Origin: Promethearchaeota archaeon
Lineage (GTDB): Archaea > Asgardarchaeota > Lokiarchaeia > Sigyniarchaeales > SOKP01
Length of the DNA stretch: 24,000 nucleotides
NCBI GenBank assembly: GCA_048940925.1
Contig: JBHLOC010000021.1
Span: 56,054 to 80,053 of the forward strand
Reading direction: 5' to 3'
A program made the position numbers and the translations under genes. The notes below the pieces were generated by a model, which saw nothing but the letters and a program-made list of their open reading frames with translations, was not told the DNA's origin and did not search any database. This document shows positions 8,607 to 15,777 of the stretch, one piece after another. The number at the start of each line of letters is the position of its first letter. Positions within the stretch are counted from its first letter, which is position 1.

Positions 8607-9332
8607 TTATGAATATGTTTTTCTTTTATACTTAAATATATCTTCAATAGTAATACCATAGGATAATAACTCTCTTTCTATAATCGGTTTCTTTAATGTC
8701 CATTTGAATGGTTTTACAATTTCCCGTAAAAATTTATGAACATTATCTTTAGCTTCAGTTCTAGTGGAATAACCAATGTAAGGAGTGCCATATTTGGATC
8801 TACCCTCATATTTATAAATTTTAGATGTAAAAATTCCTAAACTACTACTCAATTTTTTAAAATCTTTTACAAGAATCTTTGAACCATTAGTAAAATTTAA
8901 CCCAAGTGAGATATAATTTTTCTTTTTATATCTACTCAGAAAAATTGATCCATCTGTATCAAATAGACCTTTAATACAGGCTGAAATAATACTATTTTTT
9001 GAACAATTTTTTATCCATTCAGGTACACCAACCTGATTTTTTATTTTATTTCCTGGAACTACTCCAACATCAACTAATGATTCTACTATTTTTTTTTGAA
9101 ATATGCGAAGAACAGCGCAATTATCTTTTCTCTTTGTTTGTAACGAAGGTACAATATTGAATATTGATTCGATTAAACTCTTCACATAAAATAAATACTC
9201 TTTTTCATCCATATAATTAAACGCAATTTCACATGAATAATGAGATGAATCATAATCCAATTGTATTGAACCATCACCTAAGATAATTCCTATTAATTCA
9301 GCGATTTTTTTATTTTTTGTAAGCTTCATCAC
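8607..9332 (-). CDS. Free-standing LAGLIDADG homing-endonuclease-like protein (two-motif, monomeric type)
   Basis: 241 aa. The first LAGLIDADG motif is IAELIGIILGDGSI near the N-terminus. The second, IKGLFDTDGSIF, lies about 110 aa later. The C-terminus is basic. No flanking intein (Hint) blocks or intron context are visible. Confidence 0.75.
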   Translation of the reverse strand: MMKLTKNKKIAELIGIILGDGSIQLDYDSSHYSCEIAFNYMDEKEYLFYVKSLIESIFNIVPSLQTKRKDNCAVLRIFQKKIVESLVDVGVVPGNKIKNQVGVPEWIKNCSKNSIISACIKGLFDTDGSIFLSRYKKKNYISLGLNFTNGSKILVKDFKKLSSSLGIFTSKIYKYEGRSKYGTPYIGYSTRTEAKDNVHKFLREIVKPFKWTLKKPIIERELLSYGITIEDIFKYKRKTYS

Positions 9333-9490
9333 AAATTATTAAAATCAATTTCACTTTTTAATATAAAGACACTTAATGATTTAGGATTTTTGAATATTCA
9401 ATATTGCAATAAAAAAAATGAGATTAACAATAAAAAAATGAATAATAATTAATCATAAGATTTAGTTTCATTTACTCATTATTAATAAAG

Positions 9491-9565
9491 TGGTCCAGGA
9501 GGGATTTGAACCCCCGATTTCTGGCTCCGCAAGCCAGTGCCCTATCCAAACTAGACAACTGGACC
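9491..9565 (-). tRNA. tRNA-Arg (anticodon GCG), no intron, CCA not encoded
   Basis: The reverse complement reads GGTCCAG TT GTCT AGTTTGGAT AGGG C ACTGGC(T)TGCG(G)AGCCAG AAATC GGGGG TTCAAAT CCCTC CTGGACC A. The 7-bp acceptor stem GGTCCAG/CTGGACC pairs perfectly. The anticodon stem is CTGGC/GCCAG with loop TTGCGGA. A GGTTCAAAT T-loop is present. The 3' flank is CTT rather than CCA. This is the only GC-rich island in an AT-rich spacer. Confidence 0.9.
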
Positions 9566-9645
9566 ATAATCACTTTCTGTTTGTAATTCTTAATAATTAA
9601 TAATTCTCTATAATAATTATCTATTCATTATTACTAGTCAAAAGT

Positions 9646-10314
9646 ATGTTTAATAATTATTGTGTAATCTTTGATATGGACGGAGTCCTTGCAGATACAG
9701 AACCTATTCATTTTGAGAGTTGGGTAAAAATGGCAAATGAAATAGGAGCAAAATTTACAAGAGAATTTTTTAAGCAAACATTTGGTCAACAATCACCTAC
9801 TATTACAAGAAAGTTAGTTGGTCCATCAATCGATGAGACTCTTATAATTCAATGGTCTAATCTTAAAGAATCCTATTATCGAGAAATGGTTAAAGATAAA
9901 TTAGAGCTTTTACCTGGTGTAATAGATATTATAAAGGATCTAAAATCAGAAGGATTTAAATTAGCTATAGGTTCAAGTGGTCCTTCTGAAAATGTTGAAT
10001 TACTTTTAACAACATTAAAAATAAAAAACCTTTTTGATAATATTATCACTGCAGCAGATGTCAGGAAAGGAAAGCCTGAACCCGATGTTTTTTTAGTTGC
10101 TGCTAATCTTTTAGGAATTGATCCAAAAAAATGCATTGTAATTGAAGATGCTCCTGTAGGTATTCAAGCGGCAAATAATGCTGGAATGAAATCCATTGCT
10201 CTAACAACTACTCATAATACAGAAGAGTTACAAGAAGCTAATCTTGTAGTGCAAGATTTATCTCTTATAAGTATAAATGATATTAAGAAATTATTAGATA
10301 TAGAAATTGAGTAA
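9646..10314 (+). CDS. HAD-superfamily hydrolase, beta-phosphoglucomutase / sugar-phosphatase-like (subfamily IA)
   Basis: 222 aa. Motif I is canonical: VIFDMDGVLADTEP. Motif II is AIGSSGP, motif III is RKGKPEPDVF and motif IV is VIEDAPVGIQAANNAGM. Confidence 0.85.
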   Translation: MFNNYCVIFDMDGVLADTEPIHFESWVKMANEIGAKFTREFFKQTFGQQSPTITRKLVGPSIDETLIIQWSNLKESYYREMVKDKLELLPGVIDIIKDLKSEGFKLAIGSSGPSENVELLLTTLKIKNLFDNIITAADVRKGKPEPDVFLVAANLLGIDPKKCIVIEDAPVGIQAANNAGMKSIALTTTHNTEELQEANLVVQDLSLISINDIKKLLDIEIE

Positions 10315-10318
10315 AGAT

Positions 10319-11428
10319 TTAATATTCAACCCATATGGGACCTGCATAAGAAAACCTTCCATTTTCCCCTACAACACGAATTAAATAATAATCGTAACCT
10401 CTTGTATTTAAATCACTTGGAGTAATAGGATTATCACTATATTGATTAATATAATATTTTCCTCCTTTTTTGATACAACTATTTTCATACGATGTTCCAG
10501 TTATAGGATCAGTATCGATTATCGAGATATTGATGATGGGGGAAGAAATTTCTAAAGTCTGCCATAATTTCCCATTTTTAATAATTTCAATATCTGCATT
10601 CCAATTTGGAATACAATTATGAGTTACTGATGCAGCTTTGGATTTTTGTGCAACTGGAGCACCGTCTTGAGCAAGAAAGACATTTATTTTTCTATGTTCA
10701 GTTTGGTTATTAGCCACAAATGTTGAACCATCACCGACATGTGTAGTATTTATTTGGAATATAAGAATTGGTCGACCATGATCCGAATTAGCAAAGATTC
10801 TTTGCTTTTCTAATCCAGTGAAAACACCCTCTCTTGTGAGATTACTTACATATACCGCAGTTAAACCACCAGGATAGGGATGTTCATTCCGTGTGTTCCA
10901 TAAACTAAAAGGACGTTGATGTCCAATATAGGCTCTAGTATGACTTAGACTATGACCAGGATGACCATCATGTTCATCACTGGCGACATACATAGTCATT
11001 CTATAACCCATAGTAAAAGCATCAATAACAGAAGACCCATTTGTATATTTTGGAGGAGCATCAATAGCTCCTACATAATTTAGGGGATGACGTTGTTCAA
11101 ATAGACATTCTCCGTGGACAGATGATACTTCTGCAATTTTAACATATTTTGGATTGTTATACGTCCAATCTTGAATGTAAGCTTTTTTAGTTGTATGATG
11201 TGGTAGTGCAAGTGCTCTAACACCTTGTTTTGTAGTGAAATCATCAAGAACGTTCCATAATGCTTGAGGAGAAGTAACAGTGAAGTAGGAATCAAGTATA
11301 GGTGATTTTAATAAACTGTTCCCACTAAAAATACAGACATAATGACCTGTTCGAACACAAGTCCATTCGATACCATGGAATGTGACAAATTCTCCAGGTT
11401 CATAGGCAGCATTAGTTGAAGACTCAAG
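10319..11428 (-). CDS. 3' fragment of the interrupted gene: remainder of the PHP/DUF3604-like catalytic domain. The track shows only the part from the first ATG, 10319-11011.
   Basis: 369 sense codons are open from right after the TAA. The first 139 (LESSTNAAYEPGEFVTFHGIEWTCVRTGHYVCIFSGN...VIDAFT) contain no in-frame ATG, GTG or TTG. A protein starting at the ATG at 11011 would lack conserved His/Glu motifs. Confidence 0.7.
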   Translation of the reverse strand, partial: LESSTNAAYEPGEFVTFHGIEWTCVRTGHYVCIFSGNSLLKSPILDSYFTVTSPQALWNVLDDFTTKQGVRALALPHHTTKKAYIQDWTYNNPKYVKIAEVSSVHGECLFEQRHPLNYVGAIDAPPKYTNGSSVIDAFTMGYRMTMYVASDEHDGHPGHSLSHTRAYIGHQRPFSLWNTRNEHPYPGGLTAVYVSNLTREGVFTGLEKQRIFANSDHGRPILIFQINTTHVGDGSTFVANNQTEHRKINVFLAQDGAPVAQKSKAASVTHNCIPNWNADIEIIKNGKLWQTLEISSPIINISIIDTDPITGTSYENSCIKKGGKYYINQYSDNPITPSDLNTRGYDYYLIRVVGENGRFSYAGPIWVEY

Positions 11429-11431
11429 TTA
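11429..11431 (-). other. In-frame TAA stop codon separating the two halves of the PHP/DUF3604-like gene
   Basis: The plus-strand 'tta' at 11429-11431 is TAA on the minus strand. The flanking codons read ...TCT CTT GAT TAA CTT GAG TCT... (S L D * L E S). Confidence 0.95.
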
Positions 11432-12472
11432 ATCAAGAGAAAATGGAGAAAACCTCATTATTTCACCATGATCAGTAAGCGCATTAAAATCAAGGCAAGC
11501 AATATGTCTAGCATAATAAAATGAATGTTGGGGTATACTTGTTCCGTCAGAGAGTTGCGAATGTGTATGGATATCTCCCCAAACTATTAAGGGGTCAGAA
11601 AATGAAAAATTTTTTACTATAATTGGGTTACTATAATATGTATTTTCAGTAATACTATCATCTACTAATATATAATGGATACCTGGAGTCATGATGGTTG
11701 CTTGAAAAACATGAATTCCATTATCTTTACCATCTCTAATTTCATAAGCAATATCAGATCCTAAAAATTGTCCTGTAAATGTGTATGGTTCAGGTAAATC
11801 TACTTGAGGATTCAATATCTGATTATAATTAGTAAGATTATATGAAATTATAGAGAATTCTACTTTTCCTTTATAAACCGCACTTAGACGTTCATAAGAA
11901 TCCCATGCTTCAACTGTAATATCAAATGACTCATCTATTTTTACCATAGTAGGAGTATTTACCCATAAAAGCCTAGGATTATTATCAAACATTACACCTA
12001 AATCAATACTCACAGATGTCCAAAAACTAATTGGTATAAGAGCTATCGAAAGTTCTATTACTTTACGACTTTTATTTGACAACTTCAGATAATGCTGGTG
12101 ACATTGAACAATTTTTTTAATAGTTATTTCTTTTCTTTTTAAAATCTCTAAAATAAGTAATAAGATGGCATATGATATTATAAAACCTACACTAAAATAA
12201 ATTACTGTAATGAGAGGGGCAAGACCCTTGTAAAAATGAACAAAAAAAGTGATAAAACCAATAGCACCAGCCAATATAATCCCGTTCCGTTTCCAAGCAT
12301 TATCTTTTAAGAATATAAAGTAAAAAATCCCAATGACTAAGCCGATAACACACCAGAAATACCAGAAAAGTGTAACAATACCAAAAATGTAGACAATAAA
12401 TCTAGAAATACGCCATAAATGAAACCAATCTCTCTTAGGTACTATTAATTTTTTGTTCTTATGCTCTTTCAT
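11429..12472 (-). CDS. 5' fragment of the interrupted gene: multi-pass membrane anchor, beta-sandwich-like domain and the first PHP motif
   Basis: 347-aa ORF from the track. Hydrophobic stretches are IVYIFGIVTLFWYFWCVIGLVIGIFYFIF, IILAGAIGFITFFVHF, LITVIYFSVGFIISYAILLLILEIL and IELSIALIPISFWTSV. It ends ...LIVWGDIHTHSQLSDGTSIPQHSFYYARHIACLDFNALTDHGEIMRFSPFSLD*. Confidence 0.8.
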   Translation of the reverse strand: MKEHKNKKLIVPKRDWFHLWRISRFIVYIFGIVTLFWYFWCVIGLVIGIFYFIFLKDNAWKRNGIILAGAIGFITFFVHFYKGLAPLITVIYFSVGFIISYAILLLILEILKRKEITIKKIVQCHQHYLKLSNKSRKVIELSIALIPISFWTSVSIDLGVMFDNNPRLLWVNTPTMVKIDESFDITVEAWDSYERLSAVYKGKVEFSIISYNLTNYNQILNPQVDLPEPYTFTGQFLGSDIAYEIRDGKDNGIHVFQATIMTPGIHYILVDDSITENTYYSNPIIVKNFSFSDPLIVWGDIHTHSQLSDGTSIPQHSFYYARHIACLDFNALTDHGEIMRFSPFSLD

Positions 12473-12564
12473 TTTTGTAATTAATTATTCTTCCAACAAA
12501 TTTATAATATTTAATAATATATGTAATTAAATTACTTAAATTTTTAATACAGCATTTTGTTATT

Positions 12565-12570
12565 GGTGGT
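12565..12570 (+). promoter_or_regulatory. Shine-Dalgarno-like GGTGGT, 6 nt upstream of the MBL-fold gene start
   Basis: The sequence is ttattGGTGGTaatagtATG. GGTG is complementary to the conserved archaeal/bacterial 16S 3' end. Most other genes in the window lack such a purine box, so this is a single-site observation. Confidence 0.35.
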
Positions 12571-12576
12571 AATAGT

Positions 12577-13857
12577 ATGAAAACTACTAAAAAAGATATA
12601 TTCTATAAGGATCAGCATGTTCGAATTACTACTTTTGGAGATGGCAACTGTCATCTTATAAGATCTTTTGGAAATATAGGTGTTGTTGAGACAAACGAAG
12701 GAATAGTTCTATTTGATATAACTGGGAAGAATCTCGGACCAAAATCATTTTATGGGTTTAGACAATTAACGGATAAACCTATAAAATATATCATATATTC
12801 CCACGGTCATTTTGATCATTGTTTTGGTTACGAACCTTTCATAAACGAAATTAAAGAAAAAGGTTGGGATATGCCCCAAATCATTGCCCACGAGAATTGT
12901 GTAAAAAGATTTGAAAAATATACACTGTTAGACGGATATCATGCATGGATCAATTCTATGCAATTTTCTTCTATACCTGAAAGACAAAGAGGACTTGTAA
13001 CAGCTAGAGAAACTCTCGAACCGACTATTATTATTCGCGGGAATGATGAGTATACTTTTAATTTAGGAATAGATTTTGAGTTGTACCATGATATAGGTGA
13101 AACTGATGATAGTATCTGGATGTATGTACCTGAAAAAAAGGTCTTATTTACAGGTGATCTTATTATTTCAGCTTATCCAAATGTAGGAAATCCTTATAAA
13201 GTTCAAAGATATCCAAAACACTGGGCTTTCGCAATGGAAAAAATGATGAAAAAGAACGCAGAATATTTAGTTCCTGGTCATGGTCGCCTTATCGAAGGAA
13301 AAGAAAATGTTAAGGAAGCATTAGAAATTACAGCAGAAGCAATGCATTTCGTCCATGATGAGGTTGTAAAGAGAATGAATCAAGGAAAATGGTTTGAACA
13401 AATTTATCATGAAATGTTAGAGATCTATCCAGAAAAATTTAAGCAATATGAAATTTTACAATGGGTATATGGTAGTTATCCATTTGCTATACATGCAGTT
13501 TATAGGCTTTATCATGGATGGTATGATAGCGGCAATCCCACTGATCTTTTTCCTTCAAAATCTACAGACATTGCCAAAACATTACTGGAGATAAACACTG
13601 AAGAACAGTATTTAAACCACGCAAAAAAACTATATGATGAAGAAAAACTACAATTAGCATTAAACATTCTTGATATTATATTAAAAGCAGAAGATAAAGC
13701 CAAATCTAATATTCTCTTGGAAGCACTCAACTTGAAATACACGATCTTAAAACAACAAGCTGATCAAGAAACTTCATTAATAGCACGAAATATTATAAAT
13801 AATGGAGTAAATGAAATTAAAGAAAAAATAAGAGAGATAGAAAAAAAGAATAAATAA
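12577..13857 (+). CDS. Metallo-beta-lactamase-fold alkyl/aryl-sulfatase-like protein (SdsA1/BDS1-type catalytic and dimerisation domains, no SCP2 tail)
   Basis: 426 aa. It has the MBL motif YSHGHFDHCFG (HxHxDH), then TGDLII and VPGHG. After these comes YRLYHGWYDSGNPTDLFPSKSTDIAKTLLE...YLNHAKKLYDEEKLQLALNILDIIL. This matches my recollection of the alkylsulfatase dimerisation domain ('GW[FY]DGNPxxL-P' followed by a TPR-like helical pair). The protein ends in a Lys-rich helix rather than an SCP2-like domain. Confidence 0.75.
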   Translation: MKTTKKDIFYKDQHVRITTFGDGNCHLIRSFGNIGVVETNEGIVLFDITGKNLGPKSFYGFRQLTDKPIKYIIYSHGHFDHCFGYEPFINEIKEKGWDMPQIIAHENCVKRFEKYTLLDGYHAWINSMQFSSIPERQRGLVTARETLEPTIIIRGNDEYTFNLGIDFELYHDIGETDDSIWMYVPEKKVLFTGDLIISAYPNVGNPYKVQRYPKHWAFAMEKMMKKNAEYLVPGHGRLIEGKENVKEALEITAEAMHFVHDEVVKRMNQGKWFEQIYHEMLEIYPEKFKQYEILQWVYGSYPFAIHAVYRLYHGWYDSGNPTDLFPSKSTDIAKTLLEINTEEQYLNHAKKLYDEEKLQLALNILDIILKAEDKAKSNILLEALNLKYTILKQQADQETSLIARNIINNGVNEIKEKIREIEKKNK

Positions 13858-13867
13858 GGATATTTTT

Positions 13868-15628
13868 ATGGATATAGGAGAAATTAGAAAAATCCTCTGG
13901 ATCAATGGCTTAAAAAATGCAGTAGAATTTGGAGGGAAACCAAATAAAAAAGCAGTTATGGGAAAGTTAATGGCCGAAAGGAAAGACCTCCGATCTCAAG
14001 CTAAAATGGTCATTCCGATTCTGGATGAGATTATCGGAGAGATTTCTAATTTAAGTATGGAAGAGCAGAAGAAAAAATTAGTACAATTAGATCCGGATGC
14101 TCTCACAAAAAAAGAAAAACATGTAGAGGAAAAAGTATTACCACCATTACCAAATATCGATAAATATGAGAGAGTAGTCATGCGGTTAGCTCCTTATCCT
14201 AGTGGGGCTCTACATATAGGTAATGCTAGAATGATTGTGTTAAATGATGAATATGTAAAAAAATATAATGGGGAACTAATATTATTTTATGATGACACAA
14301 TCGGAAGTCCCAAATCATTAAGGGACAGTCCAAAAGCTAAATATGTTTTACCAGAAGCATATAAATTGATAGAACAAGGATTAGAGTGGTTAGGTGTAAA
14401 ATATACAAAAATTTTTTATAAAAGTGATCGTTTGGAGATTTTTTATGAATATTGTGAGAAACTAATTAAAGATAATATGGCCTATGTATGTTTTTGCTCT
14501 GGTGAGGAATTCAGGGAAAAATTTAAAAAAAAAATGGAGATTTGTCCTCATAGAAATCATTCAATAGATAAAAATTTAACTGAATGGCAATCTATGCTAA
14601 GTGGCAAATATCATGAAGGAGATGCTGTAGTAAGGTTAAAAACTGGCATGAAACAAAAAGATCCTGCTTTAAGAGACCAAATTATTATGAGAATCTCTGA
14701 AGCAGAGCATCCAAAAGTAGGAAAAAAATATAGGGTATGGCCTATGCTTGAATTCTCTTGGAGTATCGATGATCATCTTATTGGTGTTTCTCATATTTTA
14801 AGAGGAATTGATTTAGTAAAAGAAGATTTTATCGAGGAATTTGTTTGGGAGCACTTTGGCTGGAAAAAGGCCGAATTTTTGCATTATGGAAGAATTAATT
14901 TCCCTGGACTGAAGCTTAGTAAAACTAACGCTCGAAACAAAATACAGAATGGTATATATCATGGATGGGAGGATCCTAGAACCTGGAGCTTACAATCTCT
15001 CAAAAAACGAGGAATCAAACCAGAAGCGCTGAAAGAATCATTATTAGAATTGGGGATGTCGCTAACAGGTATTACATTCTCTGTTGATTGGTTATATTCA
15101 AAAAATCAAGATTTTATTGATGAAATTTCTAATAGATATTTCTTTGTGGAAGATCCGGTGTTAATTCTTATCTCTAATATTCCTACTAAAGGATATATAG
15201 CTGAACCCTTGTTACACCCATCATATCCAAGTAAAGGAAAAAGAAAAATAACGTGTACTGCTACAAATGGTGAATTAAAAATATTAATTTCTTTTTTAGA
15301 TGTAAAGAAATTAGAAAAAAATCAAGTTATAAGATTAAAAGACTTAATCAATGTTAGAATTGAATCTATTAATTTTAAGGAAAAAAAAGTAGATGCTAGT
15401 TTCCATAGTAAGAAATTAAACAGAAAATTTTCGATTATTCATTGGGTGCCGAAGGATGAAAATATTAGAGTTTCTATAGTAAAACCTGATGGATCTATAG
15501 TCTATGGCATGGGTGAAATTAATCTTTTGAAAATAGAGATGAATCATCCTATTCAATTCGAACGGTTTGGATTTGTAAATCCTATAGAAATAAAAAACAA
15601 ATGTCTTCATTGTTATTTTACTCATTAA
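13868..15628 (+). CDS. gltX: Glutamyl-tRNA synthetase, archaeal type
   Basis: 586 aa. The class-I HIGH motif is PSGALHIGNARM and the KMSKS equivalent is LKLSKTNARN. The archaeal/eukaryal GlxRS core includes YDDTIGSP, VVRLKTGM..DPALRD, WPMLEFSWSIDDHLIGVSHILRG and EDPRTWSL. The N-terminal ~100-aa helical extension (ILWINGLKNAVEFGGKPNKKAVMGKLMAE) is typical of archaeal GluRS. Confidence 0.92.
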   Translation: MDIGEIRKILWINGLKNAVEFGGKPNKKAVMGKLMAERKDLRSQAKMVIPILDEIIGEISNLSMEEQKKKLVQLDPDALTKKEKHVEEKVLPPLPNIDKYERVVMRLAPYPSGALHIGNARMIVLNDEYVKKYNGELILFYDDTIGSPKSLRDSPKAKYVLPEAYKLIEQGLEWLGVKYTKIFYKSDRLEIFYEYCEKLIKDNMAYVCFCSGEEFREKFKKKMEICPHRNHSIDKNLTEWQSMLSGKYHEGDAVVRLKTGMKQKDPALRDQIIMRISEAEHPKVGKKYRVWPMLEFSWSIDDHLIGVSHILRGIDLVKEDFIEEFVWEHFGWKKAEFLHYGRINFPGLKLSKTNARNKIQNGIYHGWEDPRTWSLQSLKKRGIKPEALKESLLELGMSLTGITFSVDWLYSKNQDFIDEISNRYFFVEDPVLILISNIPTKGYIAEPLLHPSYPSKGKRKITCTATNGELKILISFLDVKKLEKNQVIRLKDLINVRIESINFKEKKVDASFHSKKLNRKFSIIHWVPKDENIRVSIVKPDGSIVYGMGEINLLKIEMNHPIQFERFGFVNPIEIKNKCLHCYFTH

Positions 15629-15777
15629 ATATTTTGAAACATCCTTTTCTTAATAACTCATCAAAATATTATGATAATTAAAGTTCTAATGAAAAAATTT
15701 TAATAATTAACGATAAAATTATAACTGTATAAGAATAAAAATACCTAATAAAATCAATTAATAAGATACTGAAGTTA

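Larger units (their letters stand above)
10319..12472 (-). pseudogene. Single 717-codon reading frame for a membrane-anchored PHP-fold / DUF3604-like metal-dependent phosphoesterase, interrupted by one in-frame TAA. It could be a pseudogene, an assembly error or a read-through gene.
   Basis: (12472-10319+1)=2154 nt, which is 718 codons. My own translation of 11428->11012 in the frame of the upstream ORF is open and runs directly into the 230-aa ORF. The predicted layout is N-terminal TM helices, a beta-rich domain, WGDIHTHSQLSDG (HxH), TDHGE, then *. After the stop come FHGIEWT, ALPHHT, SSVHGE, ASDEHDGHPG and a C-terminal YAGPIWVEY. Confidence 0.75.

Noticed and set aside
9391-9441. 10-bp perfect palindrome TGAATATTCA (9391-9400) and a near-duplicate CAATA(7-8)TGA at 9407-9421 and 9428-9441, in the tRNA-LAGLIDADG spacer
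   Set aside because: They are short, made almost entirely of A/T and sit in an AT-rich spacer, so chance occurrence is likely. They could be a promoter or operator for the LAGLIDADG gene, but sequence alone does not support a call.
8552-9490. Possible integrated element bounded by a duplicated tRNA 3' end (att site) around the LAGLIDADG gene
   Set aside because: I looked for a copy of the tRNA 3' segment (plus-strand tggtccaggagggatttgaacc) in the spacer beyond the LAGLIDADG gene (8552-8606). I found only a weak resemblance (aaggattgag). There is no integrase and no convincing direct repeat.
11080-11295. 71-aa minus-strand ORF listed in the track between the two halves of the PHP/DUF3604-like gene
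   Set aside because: It is in a different frame from the continuous 717-codon frame ((11428-11295) is not a multiple of 3) and lies wholly inside it. Its sequence is low-complexity with no motif. I treat it as an overlapping chance ORF.
11429-11431. The in-frame TAA as evidence of a reassigned genetic code, or of selenocysteine or pyrrolysine recoding
   Set aside because: Sec uses TGA and Pyl uses TAG, not TAA. TAA is also the ordinary terminator of several well-supported genes here, namely the ORFs ending at 592, 2148, 2568 and 5874 and the minus-strand gpmI ending at 2590. Genome-wide TAA reassignment is therefore not tenable.
15629-15777. Possible C/D-box sRNA in the spacer upstream of the 633-aa gene (TATGATAA ... 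ACTGA)
   Set aside because: The C-box candidate deviates from RUGAUGA. The C-to-D spacing is about 100 nt, against the usual 50-70 nt in archaea. I found no C'/D' pair and no terminal stem.
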